Under the pieces are notes generated by a model. The model saw nothing but the letters and a program-made list of their open reading frames with translations. It was not told the DNA's origin and did no database searches. The position numbers and the translations under genes were made by a program. Of a stretch of 64,000 nt of DNA, positions 1 through 13,194 are shown in pieces (within the stretch, counting starts at the first letter, position 1; every line of letters starts with the position of its first letter). Source of the DNA: Mobula hypostoma. Its lineage: Eukaryota. The DNA lies in assembly GCF_963921235.1 (NCBI RefSeq), contig NC_086108.1, positions 112,780,001 through 112,844,000 of the forward strand. The letters run 5' to 3'.

Positions 1-1240
1 CACATAATTGAAGAATGCCTTGGGGTTTTCCTTTACCCTACTCGCCAAGGCCTTCTCATGCCCCTTTCTTGCTCTCCTCAGCCCCTTCTTAAGCTCCTTT
101 CTTGCTACCCTATATTCCTCAATAGACCCCTCTGATCCTTGCTTCCTAAACCTCATGTATGCTGCCTTCTTCCACCTGACTAGATTTTCCACCTCACTTG
201 TCACCCATGGTTCCTTCACCCTACCATTCTTTATCTTCCTCACCGGGACAAATTTATCCCTAACATCCATCAAGAGATCCCTAAACATCAACCACATGTC
301 CACAGTACATTTCCCTGCAAAAACATCATCCCAATTCACACCCACAAGTTCCAGCCTTATAGCTTCATAATTTGCCCTTCCCCAATTAAAAATTTTCCTG
401 TCCTCTCTGATTCCATCCTTTTCCATGATAATGCTAAAGGCCAGGGAGCGGTGGTCACTGTCCCCCAGGTGCTCACTCACTGAGAGATCTGTGACCTGAC
501 CCAGTTCGTTACCTAATATTAGATCTAGTATGACATTCCCCCAGTTGGCTTGTCAATATATTGTGACAGGAATCTGTCCTGGGCACACGTAACAAACTCT
601 GCCCCGTCTAAACCATTGGAACTAATCAGGTGCCAATCAGTATTAGGGAAGTGAAAGTTACCCATGATAACAACCCTGTTATTTTTGCACCTTTCCAAAA
701 TCTGACTCCCAGTCTGCTCCTCGGTATCTCTGCTGCTACCAGGGGGCCTATAGAATACCCCCAGTAGAGTAACTGCTCCCTTCCAGAGACCTTCGTTGTG
801 GCTTCCCCTTTGTAGGTCGTTCCTCAACAACCCCCCACCCCCAAACTGCATCCAAAGCTGAATACTTATTATTGAGCAGAACGGTCTCAGGGATATTCTA
901 CACTATCTGCACATTCCTTTTCCCTCTGCTGACAGTCACCCAGGCACCTTCCTCCTGCAACCTTGGCATGATTCCCTCCCTGTGGTTCCTGTCTATCACC
1001 CCCTCATTCTCCCATATGAGCCAAAGGTCATCCAGTTACACCTCCAATTCCTTAACACAGTTACTGAGGTGCTGCAACTCGGTGTACTTCATGATGCAGT
1101 TATCAGGGACAGCGGAGGTCTCCCAACGTTCCCACATCTCACACAGGAAATATACCACTAACCCATTCTCAGCTATGTACTAACAGAAAAAAAAACTTAC
1201 TTAGAGCCCGCACCTGCGCTTGTCCAAGCCTGTTGACCCA
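1..1240 (-). mobile_element. CR1-clade LINE, decayed 5' part (ORF1 remnant + endonuclease region), runs off the window start
   Basis: VFYRPPGSSRD...VVIMGNFHFPNTDW...FLSQYIDKPT; similar in sequence to 12700-13195. Confidence 0.85.
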
Positions 1241-1834
1241 AAGCTGGACCACTCTAACACTGGCTTTCTCCAACAAAGTCGCTCCATTTGAGGGATATGG
1301 GCCACATGTGGCCAATTGGGACCAGCTTAGATAGGAACCTTTTATATCATGGACATGTTGGGCTGAAAGGCCTGTTTTCCAGCTTTGAGAGTCTATGATT
1401 GTAAAATGCTTGCGACTTGCTGAGGTTGAGAAAGGTGCTATAGAGTTACCAGTCAGGTTGCCTGACATTGTATGATGGTGGTGGCTGACTGCCCTCTAGT
1501 GGCTGTGTGGAAATAAGTTATAGACGGGTTTATTCAGGGGCTGCAGAACAAGTGGCAGCCGACTGTCTTGGGTCCGTTTGTGGTTTGTCTGTAGTCTGTC
1601 TGTGGTTTGTCTGTGGACTGTCTATGGATTGCCTGCGATTGGCCTGGGGTCTGTCTGTGACCTGCCTATGGCCTGTCTACGGGCTCCTTTGGATTTTCAG
1701 TGAACTATCTGCAGAATGTCTTCAGAATGTCTGGACTGGACTGTTCGTGATCAGTCTGCAGGAAGTCTGTAGGCTGTGGATTAAATATTAGCTTCATTTC
1801 TCAAACGTTCATCAAGAAGGCAGTAATAAGAACT

Positions 1835-2780
1835 AGTGGTGGGAATTCACCAGAAGTTGAGATCCAAAAAGAGGTTCGCTAGGGCTGCATTATCTCCCCT
1901 TTATTATTTAACATTTACTCAGAGGTTATCTTCAGGGTGTTGAACGATGAAGCTGGTGTCCAAATTGGTGGAGTGACGGTGAACAACTCGAGGTATGCAG
2001 ATGATTCACTGTTGTTAGCCGAGACTGAGGACGAGTTACTCAGAATAGTAGATAAGATAAATGCTGAAGGAGAGCGATTTGGAATGAAAATAAATGCTGC
2101 AAAGACGAAGATGATGGTAGTATCACGGAAGAAAGTCCCCAAAATCAGAATCAAAATTAACAGCGTAGGCATAGAGCAAGTCAAGAAGTTTGTGTATTTG
2201 GGACAGATGGTGACAGAGGATGGGAAATGTGATACAGAAATTAGATGAAGAATTGAGATTGCAAGATCAACGTTCTGGAGCCTGAGTGAGGTGCTGCGTG
2301 GCAAGAGGTTGGACTTTGGGCTGCGTTGTAGAACTTGGAAATGCTACGTCTGGAGCAGTCTGTTGTATGGAGTCGAATCATGGACCTTATGCAAGGAAGC
2401 GCAACGACGACTGGAGGGATTTGAAACGTGGTGTTTAAGGAGAATGTAGAAAATTAGATGGGTGATGAAGGTCAGTAATATGGAAGTGTTGAAGAGAGTG
2501 AGGAGAGAAAAGGAGTAGCTGAAGAATGTGCAGAAAAAGAAGCTGGAATATGCCAGGCACTTGTTAAGAGGTGGTGGACTGCAGACATTGTTATTGGAAG
2601 GGATGATAGGAGGAAAGAGGGAAAGAGGAAGGCAGCGAACCACTTGATACGATAATGTGAGGCAACGGACTGGGTTGAGTTATGCTGAGGCTAGAAAAAG
2701 AGCGCAAGATCGAAGAAGATGGAGGTGCATAGCCGCCAACCCTGGATTCGGGACGGCACCCACTGACTGACTGACTGACA
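1835..2780 (+). mobile_element. RTE-type LINE, 5'-truncated RT and 3' end
   Basis: GVQIGGVTVNNSRYADDSLLLAETEDELLRIVDKINAEGERFGMKINAAKTKMM; in-frame stops; ends in an (ACTG)n tail at about 2762-2779. Confidence 0.8.
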
Positions 2781-3938
2781 TCGAAACATACAGTGAAATG
2801 CATTGTGTCAACAACCAACCCAGTCCGAGGAAACACACACACAGAGTTTGTTGTCTTTTGCACGTTGATTGCTTGTTCTTCCTGTGGGGTGCAATATTTC
2901 ATTGATTCTATTGTGTTTCTTGTATTTACTGTGAATGCCCACAAGAAAATGAATCTCAGGGTTGTATATGGTGACATACGTGTACTTTGATAATAAATTT
3001 ACTTTGTACTTTGAACTTTGAAGATGCGCTGGGGGGCAGCCTTCAAGTGCTTTTTCCCGGTGCCAAAATAGCATGCCACAACTTACTAACCGTAACCCAT
3101 ATGTCTTTGGGATTTCAGAGGAAACCAGGGCACCCAGTGGAAATCCAAATGGTTACAGGGAGAATATACAAACTCCTTACACACAGTGCCAGGAATTGAA
3201 CCTGGGTCACTGGTGCTGTGAAGTGTTACACTAGCCACCACACTAAGTGCTGCCCTTGTCTTTTGATGATCGGTGGACTGTCTGCGGGCTGTCTGCCATC
3301 TGTCTGCAGACTGCCCGTGCTCAGGCTGCTGAACACACATCAGTAAGGTTTAGAGGCTGGTTACCAGTGATCGGATAACTGACCTTCCTGAAAGGTTGAG
3401 GTAGAGAGGACGTGGAGAGGATGTTTCCCATAGCATGGGAGTCTAGGACCAGAGGTCACAGCCTTAGAATAGAAGGACGTTACTTTAGGGCAGACATGAG
3501 AAGGAATTCCTCTAGCCAAAGGGTAGATAATCAGAATTCATTATGACAGAGAGCAGAGGTTGATAGGTTTCTGATTAGTCAGTGTGTCAAAGGTTACGGG
3601 GACAATGGGGTTGAGAGGGATAATAAATCAGCCATGATAGAATAGTGGAGCAAACTTGATGGGCCGAATGGCTTAATTCTGCTTCTGTGTCTTATGGCCT
3701 TTCTAGGCAGATTGTCGCAACAGTTTGCCATTTGATGAGTGTATAGGAAGTGAGTTCTAACTATAAATTGCCTTCATGCCTGGGAACAGCATGAATCGGT
3801 AATGAAATATGTCCAGTATCTTTCACAGCCTTCAGGTTCCTCTTAGCCCAGGCAGTAGTTTTGGACTTGGAGGCACTGTGGTTGTGTGGGAGGTACAGCA
3901 CTGCAGGTGCAGAAAGCTCTGCACACAGTTCTCCATGA

Positions 3939-4457
3939 GTGTATCAGTGACCAATTAATACCCTTCACAACACGTGTATCAGTGACCAATTAATACTCTT
4001 CACAACACGTGTGTCAGTGACCAATTAATACCCTTCACAACACGTGTATCAGTGACCAATTAATACTCTTCACAACACGTGTGTCAGTGACCAATTAATA
4101 CCCTTCACAACACGTGTATCAGTGACCAATTAATACTCTTCACAACACGTGTGTCAGTGACCAATTAATACTCTTCACAACATGTGTATCAGTGACCAAT
4201 TAACTCTTCACAACACGTGTGTCAGTGACCAATTAATACCCTTCACAACACGTGTGTCAGTGACCAATTAATACCCTTCACAACACGTGTGTCAGTGACC
4301 AATTAATACTCTTCACAACACGTGTGTCAGTGACCAATTAATACTCTTCACAACACGTGTGTCAGTGACCAATTAATACTCTTCACAACATGTGTGTTGC
4401 TGAACAATTAATACTCTTTACAACATGTGTTACTGAACAATTAATACTCTTTACAAT
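3939..4457. repeat. 35-bp minisatellite, about 14-15 copies
   Basis: Unit CACAACACGTGTRTCAGTGACCAATTAATACYCTT repeated head-to-tail with no spacers, degenerating at the right end. Confidence 0.95.
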
Positions 4458-5188
4458 GTTGATTGAGGGGTAACTATTAGCCTAGCCAGTGAAGACACAG
4501 CTCCTGCTCCTTCTCGCACTGCCTGCTGTGATGAAACTAGTGAACAGTCCTCAGTATGGTAAGATGGACTATTGACCTCACAACCTAACTTGCTCTGATC
4601 TTGCACCTTGTTGCCTGCCTGCACTGCAATTTCTCTGTAACTGTAACACTTTATTCTACATTCTATATTCACTTTCCCCTTGTTCTACCTCAAGCACGGG
4701 TGCAAAACGAGGATTTTCGTTGTACCTCAGTGCATGTGACAATTGTGTGGCTCAGTAGCTTGACAGTTAGGGCAGTGTTCAGGGTTCAATTCCCATCACT
4801 GTCTCTGAGGAGTTTGCACGTTCTCCCCGTGACTGTGTGGATTTCCACTGCTGCTCCTGCTTCCTTCCAGATGTACTGGTTATTAGATTAATTGGTCACA
4901 TGGGTGTTAGTGGGTTGTGCAGGCTTGTTGGGCTGGAAGTTCAAAGTTCAAAGTAAATTTATTATCAAAGTACATATATATCACTGTACACAACCCCATG
5001 ATTCATTTTCTTGTGGGCAATCATAGCAAATGCAAGAAACACTATAGAATCAATGAACGACCACATACAACAGGGCTGACAAATTACCAATGTACAAAAA
5101 ACAACAAACTGCACTAATGCAAAAAGAAGAAAAAAGAAATAATAATAATAATAATTACAATAAATACAAGCTTGATCCAATCTTAGAG

Positions 5189-5452
5189 TCAGAATAGCAC
5201 AGATGGGTTCCACTTCCCCCCAGTTGCCACATGGGGGGCCACTGTTCCAATAACAGTATCTTCAGATTCAGTGAGGGTCATGACCTTGGTGCATTTGAAT
5301 TCTTCCACAAGACTTGCAATTGGTAATCCCAATTTGCCGTTCCCGTACAGTACAACAGACTTAAGCATTGTGGATTTCCAAGCCACTGTTTCACATGTGT
5401 GCTGATCACTCTTTCGAGCTTTTCCACCTTGTTGATGGGGATTTCATACACT
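5189..5452 (-). mobile_element. Hero/NeSL-like (RLE-type) non-LTR retrotransposon fragment
   Basis: VYEIPINKVEKLERVISTHVKQWLG, frameshift, then LYGNGKLGLPIASLVEEFKCTKV...VATGGKW; resembles the post-RT region of Hero elements. Confidence 0.6.
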
Positions 5453-5454
5453 TA

Positions 5455-5720
5455 CATAAATCAATAAATGAAATATACCAGAAATATATTAAATTAAAAG
5501 AGGAAATTGAAAGACTATGGAACATGAACACAGTATAAATTGTCCCAATAGTAATATCTACGACTGGTATCATCACTAAAGTCACTACACAATAGCATTA
5601 AACAATTAGGGCGACGCAGTAAAAATTAGGGCTACGTAAATTTTCAAAAAACCACAACACTAAACGCCACTAGAATAGTCCGAAAGTTCCTAGTAATTGA
5701 CAAAGGAGTGTGCTTAGCTA
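5455..5720 (+). mobile_element. R4/Dong-like RLE retrotransposon C-terminal fragment
   Basis: QKYIKLKEEIERLWNMNTV*IVPIVISTTGII...FQKTTTLNATRIVRKFL, typical of the end of a restriction-like endonuclease domain. Confidence 0.6.
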
Positions 5721-6859
5721 AGCTCTAGGTTTTATCAGCTTCAGCTGAAAAAAAAATAGAAATAATAATAAATAAATAGGCAATAAATATTGAGAACATG
5801 AGATGAAGAGTCTTTGAAAGTGAGTCTGTAGGTTGTGGGAACAGTTCAGTGATGGAGTGAGTGAAGTTATTCCCTCTGGTTCAAGAGTCTGTTGGCTGAG
5901 AAGTAGTAATTGTTCCTGAACCTGGTGGTGTGAGTCCTGAGGCTCCTGTACCTCCTTCCTGATTGTAGAGGGATAATAATTGTTCCTGAACCAGGAAGGG
6001 CCTGATACTCTAAATAAATAGATAAATAGATAAAATAACAAAATGTGTGTGTTGTTTGGATTTCCAGAATCTGCAGGTTTTCTCTTGTTTGTGAATAAAA
6101 TTATCAACCTATTTTCTAATTTGCTATGATGAGGCTGTCAGGGCAGCTGTGGAGGCTTAGACCAGATAAGGAAAATAAACAAAAGACAGATGTTATAAAT
6201 CCAAAATAGCATGCTGGAAACACTCAGCAGGTCAGTCAGCATCTGTGGAGAGAGAAACAGGGTCAATGTTTCAAGTCCAAGAACTTCATCAACACCAGGA
6301 AAGAGAAACAGAAAGCAAAAACTTCCCTTCTCTCTTCGTCCTCCTTTGCATGACACTTGGAGTGCTGTGTTCAGTTCTAGTCACCTCACTATAGGAAGGA
6401 TGTGGGAACTTTAGAGAGGGTGCAGAGGAGACTAACCAGAATGCTGCCTGGATTAGAGAGCATGTCTTATCAGGAAAGTTTGAGTGAGCTTGGGAGTGAA
6501 GGATGGGAGATGACTTGATAGATGTGTATAAGATGATAAGAGGCATGGATCAAGTGGACAACCAGAGACTTTTCCCAGAGAATGACTAATACGAGGGGGC
6601 ATCAATCTAACCCTTCCCTCCTATATAGCCCTCTTTTTTTCCTATCATCTATCAGCCTATCTAAGAATCTGTTAAGTGTCCCTAATGTATCTGCCTCTAC
6701 CACCACCCCTGGCAGGATATTCCACGTACCCACCAATCTATGTAAGAAATTTACCTCTGCAACTATCCCCCCCATACTCTCCTCCAATCAAATTAACATT
6801 ATACCTTGTCTCTGGCTATTCATTCCATCTATGCCTTTTATCATCTCCTATCATCTTAT

Positions 6860-7157
6860 TTAAACGCATCCATTAGTCTTGCGAGACCATGGATCTGCGC
6901 CTCCAGGGCGCAGGCCTGGGCAAGGTTGTATGGAAGACAGGCAGTTGCCCATGCTGCAAGTCTCCCGTCTCCACGACACCGATGTTGTCCAAGGGAAGGA
7001 CATTAGGACCCATACAGCTTGGCACTAGTGTCGTCGCAGAGCAATGTGTGATTAAGCGCCTTGCTCAAGGACACAACACATTGCCTCGGCTGGGGCTCGA
7101 ACTCACAACCTTCAGATCGCTAGTCCAATGCCTTAACCACTTGGCCACGTGCCCACA
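6860..7157 (-). mobile_element. tRNA-derived CORE-type SINE (copy 1 of 3)
   Basis: Minus strand A box TGGCCAAGTGG, B box GTTCGAGCC, then GTGTCCTTGAGCAAGGCGCTTAA (CORE-like); flanked by tcatcttat/ttatcttat. Confidence 0.8.
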
Positions 7158-8234
7158 TTATCTTATACGCCTGACATTACTGTCAACTCCCCCTCACCCA
7201 CATACTGGGACAATTTACAATGGCCCAATCTTCAAGGAGAATGGAGTTGAGACTAATAATAAATCAGCCATGCTGGAATGGTGGAACAGACTCGATGGGC
7301 TGAATGGCCCAATTCTGCTCCTATGTCCTGTGGTCTTATGGTTGGGAGTCTGGAGCAGGATTTGAACCCACAAAGTTCTGGCTCAAAGGTAAGGCTGTGA
7401 CACCTCAGGCACAACCACAAAACCTCTGAGACATCAACACAGCCCAGAGACAGGGATGGACATTTTCTCTACATTCATTCAAGGAGTGTGGGCTTCACTG
7501 AGCCGGTGTTTATTGTCTGTCCCTAGATGTCACTGAGAAGGGGTCACTGAGCTGCCTTATAAATGCTTGGTTCAAGAATGCTGGGTGGAAGACAAGCCAG
7601 ATTATGTTCGCATGCGGCTGCACTAGTGCGAGATGAGGAACTGCTGCGTTCTTGTCCTTGCAGAAACATGGCTCCAGGATGACATCCCATGGAGCATCAA
7701 TCTACAGGCCATGACACTCTGGGACTTGGGCTGGGTTTTTTTTGTGACTGTATGTTTTTCTTCTATTGTAACTATATGTGCCTTGTGATACGCTTGACTG
7801 TTGGCCCCGAGTTTTGCACTTTGGCCCCAGAGACACGCTGTTTCATTTGCCTGTCTTCATGAGCATGGTTGAATGGCAATTAAACTTGAACTTGACCTTG
7901 AACCACTGCAGTCCTTAAGGTGTCACAGGGAATGTTTTGACCAAGATGTTCATTATGTTTCTGAAATTGTCACTACATTCCTGAAGAGGGACTAAAAGTC
8001 CCACCTGAGGTCAGTGGATCACCTAGTATATACAGCAACCATAATACTTCACTAGAACGGTTCCAGTGGAAATACTTCCAGAATAAAATGATACATTTGG
8101 CACAGGGTGTATGTGTCACAATAATGTGGACTATAGATTTATTGAGCATGCCCAGAAGAAAATGAATCTCAGGGTTGTATATAGTGACATATATGTACTT
8201 TGATAATAAAATTTCATCTGAACTTTGAAATCCG

Positions 8235-8712
8235 TTAGTCAGGTCGACCATGGATGTTGTGTCCTTGTTGTCTAAGTCCAATCACTACACAAGCCAGGTC
8301 TGTAAGATATGGAGAGCAAGCTGTTGCTCACTTAGCAGGCCTCACCTCTCCATGCAGCAGATGAATCCAAAACAATGGCAGAGACCGATACAATTTGGCA
8401 CCAGTGGTGTCGCAGGAGTTGCCAGTCAGCATTGAACTCAAAGTACGACTGCCTTAGGGACTCCAGATCCGGGTTTTTCCTCAGGGTTTACTCCTGAAGC
8501 CTTCCCCGTGAGTGGGTGTAGCCGCAAAGCAGCGGGGGTTTGAGACCAGAGTTCTTCTTCTCCTCGATGAGCTGCCAACCACGGCTGATGAGCCCCACCT
8601 GCCTGGTTTTAAGATGCCAGTAACCCACCTTTGCCCCTTCTCCTGTCAGTAGAACGGGTGCCTCCGGGTTTAGTAGCTAGGCCACATGTGAAGTCCAAGA
8701 GCCAGAAGTGGC
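8235..8712 (-). mobile_element. Non-autonomous RTE-related interspersed repeat (second copy about 56595-57090)
   Basis: Two clearly homologous non-coding copies; GAGAAGGAAAACTCTGATCTCAAACC-type RTE 5'-UTR motif; 3' part resembles the tail of the CORE-type SINE. Confidence 0.6.
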
Positions 8713-8819
8713 ACATTTCTTTAAAAGGTGTAGAACAGAGGATATTTCCAACACATCGAAAACAGAAAATAGGGCAAAGAACAGTTCAGTACAGGAACAG
8801 GCACTTCGATCAACAATGT

Positions 8820-9370
8820 CTGTATACAACAGAACATAAACAGTACAACCCTTCAGCCCAAAACGTTTTGCCGATCTTCTAACCTACTCCACGATCAATG
8901 TAATCCTTCGCTCCCACATAGCCCTCCATTTTTCTTTCATCCATGTGCCTATCTGAGTTCCTTAAATGTCCTTAATGTGTCAGTCTCTACCACCACAGCT
9001 GGCAGGGCGTTCCACACACCCATCACTCTCAGTGTAAAAATTTATCCCTGACATCCCCCTGTACTTTCCTCCAATCATCTTAAAATTATGCTTCTTGTAT
9101 TAGCCACTTCCACCTTGGCGAAAAGTCTCTGGCTGTCCACTCTATCTATACTTCTTGTCCCGTACATCTCTATCAAGTCACCACTCATCCAGAGAGAAAA
9201 GCCAAGCTCACTCAGCCTATCCTCAAAAGACATGATCTCTAATCCAGGTGGCATCCTGGTAAATCTCCTCTGCACCCTCTCTAAAGCTTCCACATCCTCC
9301 CTATAATTAGACAACCAGAGCTGAACACAACACTCCAAGTGCTGTCCAACCAGAGTTTTATAGAGCTGCC
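8820..9370 (-). mobile_element. CR1 LINE 3' fragment
   Basis: LYKTLVGQHLECCVQLW...LERVQRRFTRMPPGL followed by a CR1 3' UTR. Confidence 0.85.
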
Positions 9371-9514
9371 ACAATATCTTCTTTCTTATCACATGTTGTG
9401 AGAGTCTCTGTCTCCAGCCACTCAGACAACCACCACGGGTGAAAAATTCCCCTTCAGATTCCTGTTTAGAATCCTGAAAGTTGAATTAGAATCAGGTTTA
9501 TCATCACTGACATA

Positions 9515-9927
9515 CATAGTCATAGTCATACTTTATTGATCCCGGGGGAAATTGGTTTTCATTACAGTTGCTCCATAAATAATAAATAGTAATAGAACCA
9601 TAAATAGTTAAATAGTAATAGGTAAATTATGCCAGTAAATTATGAAATAAGTCCAGGACCAGCCTATTGGCTCAGGGTGTCTGACCCTCCAAGGGAGGAG
9701 TTGTAAAGTTTGATGGCCACAGGCAGGCATGACTTCCTATGACGCTCTGTGTTGCATCTTGGTGGAATGAGTCTCTGGCTGAATGTACTCCTGTGCCCAA
9801 CCAGTACATTATGTAGTGGATGGGAGACATTGTCCAAGATGGCATGCAACTTGGACAGCATCCTCTTTTCAGTCACCACCGTCAGAGAGTCCAGTTCCAT
9901 CTCCACAACATCACTGGCCTTACGAAT
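9515..9927 (-). mobile_element. Rex1/Babar-like LINE 3' end
   Basis: LDNVSHPLH...FSQRLIPPRCNTERHRKS.LPVAIKLYNSS; 3' UTR ending GGGATCAATAAAG(TATGAC)n; near-identical to the 27525-28230 and 29420-29800 copies. Confidence 0.85.
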
Positions 9928-10910
9928 GAAATACGTTGTGAAATGTGTTGTTTTGTGGCAGCAGCACAGTGCAGTGTATAAATATTACTATAAATTACAA
10001 TGCAAACAGAAATACAAATAGTGCAAAAAGACAAATACCAAGTTAGTGTTAGTGGGCTCATTGTCCATTCAGAAATCTAATGGTGGAGGGGAAGAAGCTG
10101 TTCCTGAAACATTGAGTGAGTGTCTTCAGGCTCCTGTAGCTCCTCCCTGATGGTGGCAATGAGAAGAGGGCATGTCCTGGATAGTGAGGGTTCTTTATAA
10201 TGGACGCAACGGTCTTGAGGATTTGCCTTTTTGAAAACGTCCCCGAAGGTGGGGGAGGCCAGTGCTCGTGCTGGAGATGGCCGAGTCACAACCGTCTGCA
10301 GCTTTTTCCGATCCTGTGCATTGGAGCCCCTATACCGAACAGAGATGCAGCCAATCAGAATGCCCTTCAGAGTAGATCTGGAGAAATTCGCCAGAGTCTC
10401 TGGTGACATAGCAAACCTCCTCAGACTCATACCACTAACATGTCCTCTTTGCGAGTGCATCAATATGGATAGATAGATCTTCAGAGTCACAGAGTCAATA
10501 CAGCACAGAAAATGGACCTTCAGCTAAACCCATCCACACTAACTAAGATGTCCTTCCAAGGTGCTCCCACTTCCCATGGTTTGACCCATATCCCTCTAAA
10601 CCTCTGCCTATCAAAGGATCTGCTGGTATACTCGGGTACATTGCCCAGCCTAATCTGCTTCCCTAGCTTTCAACCAGGTCAGTTACAACACAGTAGTTTA
10701 GTGTAGTGCGATCACTCGAGTCAAGTGCGATATTCCTCGAAGGGGATGTTCCCTTAGTGGAGAACACCTGTGCATGACTTTGTTTAACGTGGGGAGGCTG
10801 ATGCACAGGCACCCATCACGTGGTCCTTGACAGATTGAGATCAAGGATCAGGGTCCAGTGGCGTTAAATGTAAGGTGACTGGGAACCCTTCACTGCTGTA
10901 GCCATTGTGA

Positions 10911-13194
10911 TAGAGAAACACAGAAATATAGAAAACCTACAGCACAATACAGACCCTTTGGCCCACAAAGCTGAGCTGAACATGTCCTTACCTGAGAAAT
11001 TACCTAGGGTTCCCCATAGCCCTCTATTTTTCTAAGCTCCATATACCTGTCCAGGAGTCTCTTAAAAGACCCTATCGTACCCGTCTCCACCATCATCGCC
11101 GGCAGCCCATTCCACGTATTCACCACTCTCTGAGTAAAAAACTTACCCCTGATATCTCCTCTATACCTACTTCCAAGCACCTTAAAACTGTGCCCTCTTG
11201 TGGTAGCCATATCAGCCCTGGAGAAAAGCCTCTGACTATCCACATGATCAATGCCTCTTATTATCTTATTCACCTCTATCAGATCACCTCTCATCCTCTG
11301 TCGCTCCAAGGAGAAAAGGCTGGGTTCACTAACCTATTCTCATAAGGCATGCTCCCCAATCCAGGCAACATCCTTGTAAATCTCTTCTGCACCCTTTCTA
11401 TGGTTTCCACGTCCCTCCTGTAGTGAGGCAATTAGAATTGAGCACAGTACTCCAAGTGGGGTCTGACCAGGGTCCTATATAGCTGCAACATTACCTCTCG
11501 GCTCTTAAACTCAATCCCACGATTGATGAAGACAAATGCACCTTATGCTTTCTGAACCACAGAGTCAACCTGTGTCGCAGCCTTGAGTGTCCTATGAACT
11601 CGGACCCCAAGATCACTCTGATCCTCCACACTGCCAAGAGTCTTACCATTAATACTATATTCTGCCATCATACTTGACCTACCGAAATGAACCTCTTCAC
11701 AGTTATCTGGATTGAACTCCATCTGTCACTTCTCAGCCCAGTTTTGTATCCTATCAATGTCCTGCTGTAAACTCTGACAGCCCTCCACACTATCCACAAC
11801 ACCCCCAACCTTTGTGTCATCAGCAAATCTACTAACCTATCCCTCCACCTCCTCATCCAGGTCATTTCTAAAAATCATGAAGAGTAGGGGGTCACAGAAT
11901 AGATCCCTGAGGCACACCACTGGTCACCGACCTCCATGCAGAAAATGACCCGTCTACAACCACTCTTTGCCTTCTGTGGGCAAGCCAGTTCTGGATCCAC
12001 AAAGCAATGTCCCCTTGGATCCCATGCCTCCTTACTTTCTCAATAAGCCTTGCATGGGGTACCTTATCAAATGCCTTGCTGAAATCCATATACACTACAT
12101 CTACTGCTCTACCGTTATCAATGTGTTTAGTCACATCCTCAAAAAATTCATTTGGGTTCATAAGGCATGACCTGCCTTTGACAAAGCCATGCTGACTATT
12201 CCTAATCATATTATGCCTCTCTAAATGTTCATAAGTCCTGCCTCTCAGGATCTTCTTCATCAACTTACCAACCACTGAAGTAAGACTCACTTCCCTACTC
12301 CCTTTCTTGAATAATGGTACAACATCCGTAACCCTCCAATCCTCCAGAACATCTCTCGTCCCCATTGATGATGCAAAGATCATTGTCAGAGGCTCAGCAA
12401 TCTCCTCCCTCGCCTCCCACATTAACCTGAGGTACATCTCATCTGGTCCTGGTGACTCATCCAACTTGATGCTTTCCAAAAGCTCCAGCACATCCTCTTC
12501 CTTAATATCTACATGCTCGAGCTTTTCAGGCCACTGTATGTCATCCCTATAATTGCCAAAATCCTTTTCCGTAGTAAATACTGAAGCAAAGTATTCATTA
12601 AGTGCCTCTGCTATTTCCTCCGGTTCCATACACACTTTTCCACTGTCACACTTGATTGGTCCTATTCTCTCACATCTTATCCTCTTACTTTTAACATACT
12701 TGTAGAATGCCTTGGTGTTTTCCTTAATCCTGTCTGCTAAGGCCTTCTCATGGCCCCTTCTGGCTCTCCTAATTTCTTTCTTGATCTCCTTCCTGCTAGC
12801 TTTATAATCTTCTAGATCTCTATCATTACCTAGTTTTTTGAACCTTTCGTAAGCTCTTCTTTTCTTCTTGACTAGATTTACAACAGCCTTTGTACACCAC
12901 GGTTCCTGTACCCTACCATCCTTTCCCTGTCTCATTGGAATGTACCTATGCAGAACTCCACGCAAATATCCCCTGAACATTTTCCACATTTCTTCCGCAC
13001 GTTTCCCTGAGAACATCTGTTTCCAATTTATGCTTCCAAATTCCTGCCTGATAGCCTCATATTTCCCCTTACTCCAATTAAACGTTTCCCTAACTTGTCT
13101 GTTCCTATCCCTCTCCAATGCTATGGTAAAGGAGATAGAATTGTGATCACTATCTCCAAAATGCTCTCCCACTGAGAGATCTGACACCTGACCA
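10911..13194 (-). mobile_element. CR1 LINE, 5'-truncated (about 2.3 kb), 436-aa ORF2 remnant
   Basis: GDSDHNSI...QHGFVKGRSCL...DVVYMDFSKAFDKVPH...SGVPQGSIL, disrupted RT, 3' UTR; interrupts an RTE-like element. Confidence 0.93.

Noticed and set aside
3939..4457. CRISPR-like array (35-bp repeats with an internal palindrome)
   Set aside because: Units are contiguous with no unique spacers, there are no cas genes, and the context is vertebrate
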